From NCBI GenBank assembly GCA_963816185.1, contig CAWFJJ010000021.1:53269-117268 (forward strand): DNA of 64,000 nucleotides, written 5' to 3'. Every line of letters begins with the position of its first letter. Position 1 is the stretch's first letter. Both the position numbers and the translations under genes were made by a program. A model generated the notes under the pieces. That model searched no databases, had not been told where the DNA came from, and was given only the letters and a program-made list of their open reading frames with translations. This DNA is from Thermoanaerobaculia bacterium. GTDB taxonomy: Bacteria; Acidobacteriota; Thermoanaerobaculia; UBA5066. Of this stretch, positions 17,957-28,136 are shown one piece after another.

Positions 17957-20440
17957 ATGCGCATCTGGCTCTCTCTTTCCTTTCTAAGCAAACTCTCTTT
18001 CTTTCTTCTTCTTTCTTTTCCCCTTACCGCCGCCGACCGCATCATCCCGTCGCGCCTGCCGTCCGGCGAGATCCAGCTTCCGAACGGCCGCCTGCTGACC
18101 CCCACGGGCACGCAGACGGAGGTTTCGCCGTACCCGTTCGCGCTCACGCTCACCCCGGACGGAACCCGGCTCCTCGTCGCGTGCACGGGAGCGGACGACC
18201 AGTCTCTTCACCTTCTGAATGCCGCCTCAGGGAAGCCTCTTTTCAAGCAGCCGCTCCCGCACTCATGGCTCGGCCTCGCGCTGTCGCCGGACGGGGCGCG
18301 GGTCTACGTCGCGGGTGCCAAAGAGAGGAACGTCCTCGTCTATCGCCTCGAGCGGGATCGTTTCGTCGCGGAGGACCCGATCTCGCTGAAACGAGGCGAC
18401 GACCGGCCGAATCTCGACGCGACGCCGGGAGGCCTTGCGCTCTCGCCGGACGGCACCGCGCTCTGGGTCGCGCGCATTCTCGCGGATGACGTCGTGAAGA
18501 TCGATCTCGCGACGAAGAAGGTCGTCGCCATGGTTCCTGCGGGCGCCCATCCCTATCGGCCGGTCTTCTCTTCGGACGGGAAGATCCTCGCCCTCGCGGC
18601 TTGGGGCGGGGCGGCCGTGACCCTCATCGATCCGGTGAAGGCGATCGGGGCGGGCTCGGTGAAGACGGCGGATCACCCCGGGGATCTCGCCTTTTCGCCC
18701 GACTCGAAGACTCTTTTTGTCGCCGAGGCGAACCGGAACCTCGTCGCGGCCGTGGACGTCGCATCACGGTCCGTCGTCCGGCAGATCTCCGTCGCGTTCG
18801 GGCCGGACGGCCCGGGGACGCCCTCGGCCGAGTCGATGCCCGACGGCTCGACGCCGAATGCGCTTGCCCTTGCGCGCGACGGGAAGACCCTCTTCGTCGC
18901 GAACGCGGACGACGACGCGGTCGCGGTCGTGGATCTTTCCCCCGGCCCCGCTCGGGCACGCGCAAAGGGCTTCATTCCTTCAGGCTGGTATCCCGACGCG
19001 CTGGCCCTGTCGCGCGACGGGAAGACGCTGTGGGTCGCGAACGCCAAGGGCGGCGGCTCGTGGGAGAACTCGAAGGGCGGACCAAATCCGACGAAACCGA
19101 AGAACGGCAAACCGACGCGCCTCACGCGGATGATCCCAGGGACCGTCTCCCGCATTTCGGTTCCTCCCGCGGGAGAGCTCGCGGCGCTCACGACCCGGGC
19201 GTACGCGAACCGCCGGCCCGCGGCGCGTGGAGCGTTGCGGGCGCGTGCGTCGGCCGTCGTGCCGGCCGCGTCCGGCGGCGCCTCGCCGATCAAGCACGTC
19301 GTCTACGTCATCCGCGAGAACCGCACGTACGACCAGGTTCTCGGCGACCTCCCGAAAGGCAACGGCGATCCGTCGCTCGTCCTCTTCGGGCGCGACGTCA
19401 CGCCGAACGCGCACGCGCTCGCCGAGGAATACGTCACGCTGGACAACTTCTACTGCGACGCCGAGGTCTCCGCGGACGGCCACAACTGGTCGATGGGCGC
19501 GTACGCGACGGACTTCGTGGAGAAGGTCTGGCCTCCGAACTACGGCCACCACGGCTTCAGCTATCTCTTCGAGGGAAACGATCCCGCGGCGTATCCGACG
19601 AACGGCTACCTCTGGGACGCGGCGGCGCGCGCCGGACTCTCGTTGCGCAATTACGGGGAGTTCACGGGCATTGCGTCCGAGACGAACGTGCCTCAGGAGC
19701 TGGGGCTCACGCACGGGCAGGAGGGCGCGCTCAGGAGCAACACGAGTCCTTACTACCCGGGGTTCGACACGGAGGTCCTCGACAACGCGCGCGTCGACAT
19801 CTGGCTGAAGGAGTTCGCGCTCTTCGTGAAGAAGAAGGAGATGCCGCGCCTCATGATCGTGCGGCTCGGCAACGACCATACGGTGGGAACGAAGAGAGGC
19901 GGGAAGACGCCGCGCGCGATGGTGGCCGAGAACGACGTCGCCCTCGGCCGGCTCGTCGAGGCGCTCTCGCACTCGCCCTTCTGGAGCGAGACGGCGGTCT
20001 TCGTCGTCGAGGACGACGCCCAGAACGGCTCCGACCACGTGGACGCGCATCGCACGGTCGCTCTCGCCGTTTCGCCGTACACGCGGCGCGGGGCGGTGGA
20101 CTCGACGATGTATTCCACGACGTCCATGCTCCGCACGATGGAGCTCATCCTCGGGCTCAAGCCCATGTCGCAGCACGACGCGGGCGCGACGCCGATGTCG
20201 GCCGCGTTCACGGACGTGCCGAACGCGGCGCCCTTCGTCCATCGCGACACGGCGATCCCGTTCTACGAGATGAATCCTCCGGGCGCGCCGATGCAGGCGC
20301 TCGTGGACACGTGGGACTTCTCGAAAGAAGACGCCGCCCCCGACGTGCCGTTCAACGAAGCGATCTGGAGGAGCGTCAAGGGCGCGAATTCCGCGATGCC
20401 TCCCCCGGTCAACGCCGCGTTCGTGCGAAGCCGTCCCTGA
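17957..20440 (+). CDS. YncE-like beta-propeller / phosphoesterase (alkaline phosphatase superfamily) protein
   Basis: Signal peptide; YVTN-like repeats; HVVYVIRENRTYDQVLGD, SADGHNW, NDHT, EDDAQNGSDHVDAHR. Confidence 0.9.
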   Translation: MRIWLSLSFLSKLSFFLLLSFPLTAADRIIPSRLPSGEIQLPNGRLLTPTGTQTEVSPYPFALTLTPDGTRLLVACTGADDQSLHLLNAASGKPLFKQPLPHSWLGLALSPDGARVYVAGAKERNVLVYRLERDRFVAEDPISLKRGDDRPNLDATPGGLALSPDGTALWVARILADDVVKIDLATKKVVAMVPAGAHPYRPVFSSDGKILALAAWGGAAVTLIDPVKAIGAGSVKTADHPGDLAFSPDSKTLFVAEANRNLVAAVDVASRSVVRQISVAFGPDGPGTPSAESMPDGSTPNALALARDGKTLFVANADDDAVAVVDLSPGPARARAKGFIPSGWYPDALALSRDGKTLWVANAKGGGSWENSKGGPNPTKPKNGKPTRLTRMIPGTVSRISVPPAGELAALTTRAYANRRPAARGALRARASAVVPAASGGASPIKHVVYVIRENRTYDQVLGDLPKGNGDPSLVLFGRDVTPNAHALAEEYVTLDNFYCDAEVSADGHNWSMGAYATDFVEKVWPPNYGHHGFSYLFEGNDPAAYPTNGYLWDAAARAGLSLRNYGEFTGIASETNVPQELGLTHGQEGALRSNTSPYYPGFDTEVLDNARVDIWLKEFALFVKKKEMPRLMIVRLGNDHTVGTKRGGKTPRAMVAENDVALGRLVEALSHSPFWSETAVFVVEDDAQNGSDHVDAHRTVALAVSPYTRRGAVDSTMYSTTSMLRTMELILGLKPMSQHDAGATPMSAAFTDVPNAAPFVHRDTAIPFYEMNPPGAPMQALVDTWDFSKEDAAPDVPFNEAIWRSVKGANSAMPPPVNAAFVRSRP
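17979..17995 (-). repeat. Dispersed AT-rich motif copy in a signal-peptide region
   Basis: GAGTTTGCTTAGAAAGG (minus) embedded in a ~55-nt polypyrimidine tract. Confidence 0.6.
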
Positions 20441-20441
20441 A

Positions 20442-20489
20442 GCTAGCGCGCCGCGGGCTCCGCCCGCGACCGAAGAAGGGCGCGCTAGC
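20442..20489. repeat. Branched intergenic palindrome (REP-like or terminator) between convergent genes
   Basis: Outer stem GCTAGCGCGC/GCGCGCTAGC, inner CGCGGGC-TCC-GCCCGCG. Confidence 0.55.
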
Positions 20490-20563
20490 ATCTGTCATTT
20501 CGCAGGGAGTTTCCCTGCACTCTTCCTCGCGCCGGAGACCCGTGCTATTTCTCAGACGGGAGT

Positions 20564-21217
20564 CTAGGTCTCCACTTCGCGGTGCCGGTCGATCCAGACC
20601 GCCCAGGGAATCAGAAGAGCGAGCGCGAGGCCCATCCAGGCGACCGTCGCGATGTCGGGCGGCGGCGGCCCGAACGCCGCGCCCGCATAGGCGACCAGGA
20701 GGAACGCGACGATCGCGGCGAGGGCCCAGCGGCCGACCGCGTCCTTCGGGCGGGTCATGCGTACGTAGATCCAGACGCCGAGAGCGAAGAGCGACACCTC
20801 GACGGCGAGTGTCGCGGCCCGCGAGTTCCAGAGGCCCATGCCGATGAAGACCGTCCCGCCGGGCGTCAGCGGGAGGTCCGGACGGTGGACGACCGCGTCG
20901 CAGATCCAGTGGCTCACGACCCCGAGGGCCACGACGGCTCCCGCGGCGGCGCTGCGCAGGGCGAGGTGCACGAAGAAGCCGAAGATCGCGCCCCAGAGAA
21001 TGGCCGTCAGGAGGCTGTGGGACCAGGGATAGCTGTCGAACGCGATCGGCGTGAACACCGTGTTCCCGGGATCGATGCGGGCGCTCTCGACGCCCGTCAG
21101 CACGAAGACCGGCCAGAGAAGGTCCAGGAGGAACGGCGCGGCGAGGAGGACGCCGAGCGAAACGCGGGGAGCGACCGCCTTCGACGCGAATCCGACCGCG
21201 GCATGTCCGATGAACAT
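20564..21217 (-). CDS. Membrane-bound metal-dependent hydrolase (YdjM-like)
   Basis: MFIGH start, LLDLLWP, YPWSHSLL, SHWICDAVVHRPDLP; AGGAG SD upstream. Confidence 0.85.
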   Translation of the reverse strand: MFIGHAAVGFASKAVAPRVSLGVLLAAPFLLDLLWPVFVLTGVESARIDPGNTVFTPIAFDSYPWSHSLLTAILWGAIFGFFVHLALRSAAAGAVVALGVVSHWICDAVVHRPDLPLTPGGTVFIGMGLWNSRAATLAVEVSLFALGVWIYVRMTRPKDAVGRWALAAIVAFLLVAYAGAAFGPPPPDIATVAWMGLALALLIPWAVWIDRHREVET

Positions 21218-21237
21218 GTCGGCTCCTTTCCTCGCGC

Positions 21238-22899
21238 TCAGGCGAGGAGCTTTTTCACGAGCGCTCCGGTATCCGCGGAGCCGAGGCCTGTCGTCGGATC
21301 CCAGCCTTTCGTCGCCGGATAGCCCGAGACGCCGCCGTACGAATTGTCGCCCTGCGTGATGTCGCGGAAAGGAGAAGACCCCTGGTCCGCCGCATAGAGG
21401 GACGCGTTCGCGGCGCCGAGGCGGGATCGTCCGGCCGCCGCGCGCGCGGCATTGACGTGCGCGAGGATGCCGGACCAGATCGGCGCCGCCACGCTGGTCC
21501 CTCCGGCGGCAGTCCACTTCTTTCTCACGAAGATCGAGAGGCCGGGATCGGGCGACGCCACGGCCGCGACGTCTGGGATGCCTCGGCCGGTCACGCCGCG
21601 GCGCGTGCCGAGCGCCGCCTTCTGCCAGGCGGGAACGGCCACGAACCTCGAGAAGCCCCCGCCCGTCGCCCCGCGATTCGGGCCGTCGTTCCAGGCGCTC
21701 TCCGAAAAGGAGCTGCCTTTCGGAACGAGCTTCGTGCCCCCGACCGAAGTCACTTCCGGAACGACGCTTGGAAAATCCACGTGGCGCTGGCCGTCGAAAG
21801 CGGCGTCCTCCGGCAGGATGTCGCCCGCGCCGGCGTCGCCGGAGGCACAGACGAACGTGATGCCGAGGAGCGCGCAGGAGAGGAAGAGCTGGCGGGTCTG
21901 GTCGTACCTGCGGGACGTGGAGAAGCCGTCCTCGGGCATGCCCCACGAGATCGAGACGATCGAGGGACGGCGTGCGTCGGGCGCGTCGAGGAGCGCGTTC
22001 AGGAAATCGACCCAGCCCGTGTCCGTGTTCGGCGCCCACCACAGGTCGAGGTCCGCGCGCGGGGCGGTGCCCCGCACCCAGTCCATGTCGAGCGCGACCT
22101 CCACGTCGGCGTCGCCCGTCTTGCCCTGGAAGTCGTTCTTCGCGCCCGAGACGGAGACGTCCGTGACGTCGCCGGCGGGCAGGCCGTACTGCGTGCAGAA
22201 GGTCGCGAAGTCTTCGCTCGAGAAGCCCCCTCCGAACTCGAGGATGGCGACTCGTTCGCCGAGGCCGCCGGCCGCGGCCGGGTCGGGAAGGGAGTAGGCG
22301 GCGCGAATCTCGTCCGGTGTGAAGCCGCCGCCGGGCCCTCGCGTCTCGGCGGCACCGCGCCGCGGCACCTTCGAGCGGGGCGGGGCGAAGATCGGCGGGA
22401 AACGCCGGGCAGCCGGGAGCGTGTTGAGGCCCGCGACGCCGCGGATCACCGATGCGAGCGAGGCCGGAATGGTGGGGTCCCGCTCGGCCGCGACGGCTCG
22501 CCGCACGCGGGGAGAGAGCGCCCGCGGCAGGTCGTAAGCGCCGAGGGGGATATCGAAGGCGCGTGCGATTTTCTCTGCAGGGCCGTGGCCCTGAACCGCC
22601 GTGCGCGCTCCGGCGACCCCGTCGACCGCGAGTCCGGCATCCCTGAGAAACGCCAGCACCGCGTCGAGATCCTGATACCCGGGCGCGACGAGCGTGCGCA
22701 CCTCGTCGGGGGAGAGGTGGCGCCCATAGACGGAGCTCTTCGGATCTGCGACGGCGGCTGCGGCCTCGCGCAACATGCGCATGTCCTTCGCGTGGAGGAG
22801 AACCGTGAATCGGATGTCCTCGCCGGGCGGGCACGGCCCCGTCCGGCGGCAGAGCGGCAGGCGCCGCGAGACATGGCGGGGCAGGACGAATCGCTGCAC
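21238..22899 (-). CDS. S53 (sedolisin/kumamolisin) peptidase with prodomain
   Basis: EVALD (catalytic E/D), ASGDAG, GGTSVAAP, GWDPTTGLGS; start at GTG 22899 is approximate. Confidence 0.9.
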   Translation of the reverse strand: MQRFVLPRHVSRRLPLCRRTGPCPPGEDIRFTVLLHAKDMRMLREAAAAVADPKSSVYGRHLSPDEVRTLVAPGYQDLDAVLAFLRDAGLAVDGVAGARTAVQGHGPAEKIARAFDIPLGAYDLPRALSPRVRRAVAAERDPTIPASLASVIRGVAGLNTLPAARRFPPIFAPPRSKVPRRGAAETRGPGGGFTPDEIRAAYSLPDPAAAGGLGERVAILEFGGGFSSEDFATFCTQYGLPAGDVTDVSVSGAKNDFQGKTGDADVEVALDMDWVRGTAPRADLDLWWAPNTDTGWVDFLNALLDAPDARRPSIVSISWGMPEDGFSTSRRYDQTRQLFLSCALLGITFVCASGDAGAGDILPEDAAFDGQRHVDFPSVVPEVTSVGGTKLVPKGSSFSESAWNDGPNRGATGGGFSRFVAVPAWQKAALGTRRGVTGRGIPDVAAVASPDPGLSIFVRKKWTAAGGTSVAAPIWSGILAHVNAARAAAGRSRLGAANASLYAADQGSSPFRDITQGDNSYGGVSGYPATKGWDPTTGLGSADTGALVKKLLA

Positions 22900-22904
22900 G
22901 TTCG

Positions 22905-23351
22905 TCAGGACCCTGTAATGGGAGCGAGCCGCTCCCACACGAGCATCACATCCATGAGGTGGCCGCTCACCTGCTGCGTCGGCGCGCTCACGATGAGCCG
23001 GTCGCCGGAGATCCGGTAGAAGCGGACTTGATCCGTACCGACCCAGTTTGGGAAGAGGGACTGTGAGACGTGGTGCACGACGACACCGTGCGTCTCGTCC
23101 GCCACGTAAGTGCCCGCATAAGAGAGGTACCCGAAGAAGGCATCCCCGACCTCGGCCGGCGTGCCCAGCTGCTGGTCGTTCGCGGCGAACCGGGGGCGCT
23201 CTCGACGCATGATCTGGAGGGCCATGTAGCCGGTCGAGTCGTAAAGGCACAGGCCCAGGAAGTTCGTCCCGAACGGAAACACGACCTGTCCTTCGGAGCG
23301 GAATTCGAAGACGAGCAGCTTCCAGGCCCCGGCGAGCGAAGTCCCGTGCAT
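22905..23351 (-). CDS. Lipocalin-like domain protein
   Basis: LAGAWKL, G..YDSTGYM, YLSYAGTY, SLFPNWVG. Confidence 0.85.
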   Translation of the reverse strand: MHGTSLAGAWKLLVFEFRSEGQVVFPFGTNFLGLCLYDSTGYMALQIMRRERPRFAANDQQLGTPAEVGDAFFGYLSYAGTYVADETHGVVVHHVSQSLFPNWVGTDQVRFYRISGDRLIVSAPTQQVSGHLMDVMLVWERLAPITGS

Positions 23352-23479
23352 GGCGGAAGCGATCCTAACCCGGCTGGCCCCGGGCGCGGGCGTCCGCAAA
23401 AGGTGTCCGCCCGACGGTATGCTCCGTGCAAGGGGGGGAATTGAGGGTCTCCTCGCCGAGGAGTGCCGGAGGAACCATC

Positions 23480-24109
23480 TTGAATCCTTTCCCGCGGCGG
23501 TCCGCTGCAGCCTGGCTGGCGGTGGCCGCGTTTTTTCTCTTCGGTGTCGCGAAGGTGCACGCCGACCTCGACGCGCCGAACGTGAAGAAATTGGGCCGTA
23601 CCGTTGCGAGGTACAGGGACGACGTGCTCCAGGTCGTCATCGGATACAAGCACGCCCACTATCATCTCGACAGCCGCTGGATTCTGCTCGAAGCCTGCAT
23701 CTCCGCCACGGGCAACGAGCCGGTGGAGATCTATCGCGAAGACGTGGCGCTGTACGGGCCGGATGGAACGCGAATGCCGATGCCGAGCCAGAAAAAGATG
23801 GCGCACGGGATTCCCGACGTGAGCCGCATGCTGCTTCAGGCTCGCATCGTGCGCGATCCGCTCGGCGGCTATTTCCCGGGACGTATTCGAGAGGAACGGC
23901 TGGGGTTTTTCTGCGTGCCGGGCGAGGGAATCGTCTTCGATCAGGTCACCGTCGATCGCGATACGCTGGCCTGGGGCCACCTCTTCTTCGAATCTCCGAA
24001 GGGCCGCTTCGAGCCGGGAATCTACACGCTCGTCATGGAGAACAAGGTCGCCCACGTCCGGCTCCCGCTCGCGCTCGGAATCAACGGGCCGCTCGAGCGC
24101 ATCAAGTAA
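23480..24109 (+). CDS. Hypothetical exported protein
   Basis: GGAGG SD before TTG 23480; signal peptide ending VHA; host-like codon usage; no family recognised. Confidence 0.7.
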   Translation: MNPFPRRSAAAWLAVAAFFLFGVAKVHADLDAPNVKKLGRTVARYRDDVLQVVIGYKHAHYHLDSRWILLEACISATGNEPVEIYREDVALYGPDGTRMPMPSQKKMAHGIPDVSRMLLQARIVRDPLGGYFPGRIREERLGFFCVPGEGIVFDQVTVDRDTLAWGHLFFESPKGRFEPGIYTLVMENKVAHVRLPLALGINGPLERIK

Positions 24110-24151
24110 GCGGGGGAGTGTCCGCGGCCGCGGGCCGACGGTAGACTCGCC

Positions 24152-26020
24152 GTGGTGACCGTGAACGCCTTCTGGCTGCTCCTGGGCGCGCTCGGCGTCT
24201 ACGCGATCTCTTATCGTTTCTACAGCGGCTTTCTCGCGCGGAAGGTCGTCGGGCTCGACGACGCGCGCCCCACGCCGGCGCACACGCTCCGCGACGGCCA
24301 GAATTTCCACCCTACGAACCGGTGGGTCCTCTGGGGACATCACTTCGCCGCGATCTCGGGAGCGGGCCCGCTCATCGGGCCGGTCCTCGCGGCGCAGTTC
24401 GGCTGGCTTCCCGGCCTCCTGTGGCTCGTCTTCGGCGTCTGCCTCGCGGGCGCCGTACAGGACTTCGTGATCCTGGGGGCTTCCCTCCGCCGGGGCGGCC
24501 GCTCGCTGGCGGAGATCGCCCGCGACGAGATCAGCCCCTTGAGCGGCATCGTCGCCATGATCGCGATCCTCTTCATCGTCGTGGTCGCGATGGCGGTCCT
24601 CGGGTTCATCGTCGTCAAGGCGCTCGCCGAAAGCGCCTGGGGCACGTTCGCGATCGCCGCGTCGATCCCGATCGCGCTCCTCATGGGGCTTTACATGTAT
24701 CGGGTCCGGCCGGGCCGCGTGGGGGAAGCTTCGGCGATCGGCGTGTCGCTGCTCGTGACGTGCGTCGTCCTCGGCGGTCTCTTCGCGCCGGGCCATCCGT
24801 GGGCGGCAGCCGCGCACTTCTTCACGCTCTCGGAGACGTCCCTCACGGCCGCGATCGCCGCCTACGGCTTTCTCGCGTCGGTCCTGCCGGTGTGGATGCT
24901 CCTGTGTCCGCGCGATTACCTGTCGAGCTACATGAAAGTCGGGACGATCGCCGTCATCGTCCTCGCCGTGTTTCTCGTGCGTCCCGAGATGAAGGCGCCC
25001 GCCGTCAGCGCGTTCGCGTCCGGCGGAGGTCCGATCGTGCCGGGCGCCCTTTTCCCGTTCGTCTTCATCACGATCGCGTGCGGCGCCATCTCGGGCTTCC
25101 ACGCGCTCGTGTCCTCGGGAACGACCTCGAAGATGCTCGACAAGGAGAGCCACGCGCGCGCCATCGGCTACGGCGCGATGCTCATGGAGAGCCTCGTGGG
25201 CGTGACCGCGCTTGTCGCCGCATCGTCGCTCTTCCCGGCGGACTACTTCCGGATCAATCTGTCGCCCCAGGCGTTCCAGGCTCTCGCCGCGAAGATGAAT
25301 CTCGACGGCGGCCGCCTCTCGGAGCTGGCGGCGCTCGTGGGCGAGCCGCGCCTCGCGGGGCGTACGGGCGGCGGCGTCTCGCTTGCCGTCGGGATCGCCC
25401 AGATCTTCGGCGACCTGCCCGGCGCGAAGAGCCTCATGAGCTACTTCTACCACTTCGTCATCATGTTCGAGGCGCTCTTCGTTCTCACGACGATCGACAC
25501 GGGGACGCGCATCGGCCGATTCCTCGTGCAGGAGCTCCTGGGGCGCGCCGTTCCGCGCATGGCAAAGACGGACTGGCTGCCCGGCACCGTCTTCGCGACG
25601 GCGCTCATCGTGGGCGGGTGGAGCTGGTTCATCTTCACCGGCTCGATCCAGTCGCTCTGGCCCATGTTCGGCGTCGCGAACCAGCTCCTCGCCGTCGTGG
25701 CGCTCACGGTGGCGACGACGGTCATCGTGAACGAGGGCCGGTCGCGCTACGCGGCGACGACCATTTTGCCGCTTGTCTTCCTCGGGACGACGACGCTCGC
25801 GGGCGGGGCGCTGTCGATTCGTGACATCTTTCTGCCTCTGGCGCGTTCCGTTGGCTCCGGCGACGCCTTCAAGGGCTGGCTCAACTCCGGACTGACGGCC
25901 CTGATGATGGCCTCTGTTCTGCTGGTTCTCGCCGATGCGATCCCGCGCTGGGCGAGGCACTGGCGGACCGGTCGTGAGGAGACGAAGGCAACGCTGGCCT
26001 CGATCCCTCGGGCGGCCTGA
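24152..26020 (+). CDS. cstA: Carbon starvation protein A (peptide/pyruvate transporter)
   Basis: GHHFAAISGAGPLIGP, LPVWMLLCPRDYLS, ITIACGAISGFH, RTGGGVSLAVG, LWPMFGVANQLLA. Confidence 0.96.
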   Translation: MVTVNAFWLLLGALGVYAISYRFYSGFLARKVVGLDDARPTPAHTLRDGQNFHPTNRWVLWGHHFAAISGAGPLIGPVLAAQFGWLPGLLWLVFGVCLAGAVQDFVILGASLRRGGRSLAEIARDEISPLSGIVAMIAILFIVVVAMAVLGFIVVKALAESAWGTFAIAASIPIALLMGLYMYRVRPGRVGEASAIGVSLLVTCVVLGGLFAPGHPWAAAAHFFTLSETSLTAAIAAYGFLASVLPVWMLLCPRDYLSSYMKVGTIAVIVLAVFLVRPEMKAPAVSAFASGGGPIVPGALFPFVFITIACGAISGFHALVSSGTTSKMLDKESHARAIGYGAMLMESLVGVTALVAASSLFPADYFRINLSPQAFQALAAKMNLDGGRLSELAALVGEPRLAGRTGGGVSLAVGIAQIFGDLPGAKSLMSYFYHFVIMFEALFVLTTIDTGTRIGRFLVQELLGRAVPRMAKTDWLPGTVFATALIVGGWSWFIFTGSIQSLWPMFGVANQLLAVVALTVATTVIVNEGRSRYAATTILPLVFLGTTTLAGGALSIRDIFLPLARSVGSGDAFKGWLNSGLTALMMASVLLVLADAIPRWARHWRTGREETKATLASIPRAA

Positions 26021-26046
26021 GGGCGCGCGTCTCGCATAATCGCGGC

Positions 26047-28136
26047 ATGAGCGCCGCCGCACCGCCGCCCGCGCCGCGCGCCGCGCGCGGGGCTGCTCTC
26101 GCGGTGCTCGTCCTCCTGGTCGTGACCGTCGACACGCGCTCGTACGGCCTCATCCCCGACGGGAAAGAGATGCTCTCGGTTGCCGCGGCCGTGACGCGCT
26201 TTCTCGAGATCGGCGTGTCGCGAGACTTCGTCAACGCTCCGCGCCGGCCGGCGGGCGACGCCGTTTCACGCTATGGCATGGGGCTGTCCCTCGCCGAGGC
26301 CGTGCCCGCGACGGCGGCGCGTGTTCTTCGCGCGTTGGCACCCTCGGTTCCCTCGGCTCCCGTCTTCGTGATGCTGCCGATCGCATGCCTCGTCGCAGCC
26401 GCATGGGCGACGGCGCGTTCCTTGATTCACCTCCGCGCATCGCCTGGGTGGGCCGCGGCCTCGGGAGCGGGCCTCGTCGTCGCGACGCCGCTCTGGGGCT
26501 ACGCGGCGAGCGATTACGGCGAGCCGCTCCAGGCGCTGTGCGTCGCGCTCGCCGTCCTCGGCGTCGTCGAGCTGAGCGTGGAACCCGCGTCGCGGCGGTG
26601 GCAGATCGTCCTCGGAGTCGCCGCCGGCTTCGCGATTCTCACGAAGACGCTGCTGCTCGTCGTGGTCGCCCCGCTTCTTCTCGCAGCGATTGTTTCGCGC
26701 GCCGTGAGGTCCGAAGAGGATCTCTTAGAAGGGAAGAGAGAGAAGAGAAAGATTTCTTAGAGCGTAAGAGGGGAGACGGGAGTCGGCGTGCGAGTCCCGC
26801 AGCACGAGAGCGGCGGGCGCGGACGCGACGTGGCAAGAACGCGGCGGGCGGTCGCCTTGGGCCGCCATGGCCTTTGCTCATTTCATTCGCAGGAATTCTC
26901 CTTCTCTGGGCGTTCTTCGAATTCGTCCGCTTCGGCAAGCTTTTCGGAGGGTATGCGGGGGAGACGTTCACGTATCCCTTCTTCACGGGGCTCCTCAGGC
27001 TGACGGTCTTCCCGAACAAGGGGCTCATCTGGTACGCGCCGATCGTCCTCCTCGCGCCGTTCGGCTTTCTCGTCCTCCGCCGGCGCGACGCGCGGCTCGC
27101 GTTCGCCTGCCTTGCTTGCGCCGCCGCGCTTCTTCTCACCACGCCCGCGTGGTGGGCGTGGGACGGACAGGCGGGATGGGGGCCGCGCCTTCTCCTGCCC
27201 GCGTTGCCGCCGCTGCTCGTCTTCGCGGGTCTCGGGTGCTCGAGTTCAGCACGGCCGGGGCGCCTCGCCGGAGCGATCGCGCTCGTCCTGGGCGCCGGCG
27301 TGAATCTGCTCGGCGCCCTCGTGCCGTTTCCCGCCGTCTACGCGCTTTCGTCCGTCGTGCCGCCTCAGCCGATCTCCGAAGAGCGCGCGGCGGGCACCCA
27401 GTACGAGATCGAACGCGGACGGGATGGAATCCTCCGGGCGACGGCCCCCCATCACCTCTCGCTCACGCCGTCCTGGTCGCCGATCCGGGTTCACGCGCTG
27501 CTCCTTGCGGCGAAGCTGCGGGGCGGGGCGGCGGAGACTCTGGCGAAGGAAGGTCTCCCGGAGCTCGATCCGCCGTTCAGACCGATGTTGCCGAAGGAGC
27601 CCGCCCCCGCGCTCGTTCTCGCGCTGAGGCCCGTTCGCCTCGGGTGGGGACGCGAATTCTTCGAAAGGGAAGCGGGATCTTCGGATCCGTGGGGTGACGC
27701 GATTCGGGATCAGATCGTCCGGGCGATCGACATGAGGAACTTCAGCCGGGCGCAGGCAATCGGGGAAGAGCTGCTCGGGAAGAAGAAGGGCCCGGATTCG
27801 GATTCTTCGAATGACCCCCTCATAGTCGCCCTGGTCGCCGAGGCGCTGCGCCTCGGTGGCGGCAGGGGCGGGGACGCCGACAGCGACGCAGGCGACTCGG
27901 GCGCTGCAGCCGCCCTCTCTTACCTTTCCAAGAAATCTCTTTCTCTTTCTTCCTCTTCCGCGATCTCCTGCCACCCCTGGGTCCTCTTCGTTCGCTCGAT
28001 GGCCGCTCCTCCCGGCGATCTCTCGTGTCTGCCCGAGGGCCAACGCGGGAGCTTCGCGCGCAGCCTCGATCTCGCGCGCGTGCGCGCCTGGCCGCTCACG
28101 GCGTGGGTGCGGGCGGCCCGGACGGGGAGGCCGTAG
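26047..28136 (+). CDS. GT-C-fold membrane glycosyltransferase-like protein, split by a frameshift near 26740
   Basis: N-half in ORF 26047-26760 (SRYGMG, YGEP, TK), C-half in the frame ending 28136 (KGLIWYAP, WWAWDGQAGWGPRLLLP); removing one AG unit at 26735-26742 fuses them. Confidence 0.7.
26719..26764 (+). repeat. Tandem pair of the dispersed AT-rich motif
   Basis: GATCTCTTAGAAGG (26719) and GATTTCTTAGAGCG (26751) separated by a pure purine tract. Confidence 0.75.
27923..27937 (-). repeat. Dispersed AT-rich motif copy
   Basis: GATTTCTTGGAAAGG (minus) with pyrimidine-tract flanks on the plus strand. Confidence 0.7.

Noticed and set aside
20564-22834. Apparent long fusions (756 aa here; also 28096-31401, 38687-40849, 47277-49169, 51246-54611)
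   Set aside because: Only one portion of each is a real gene; the rest is open-frame shadow of the neighbouring gene.
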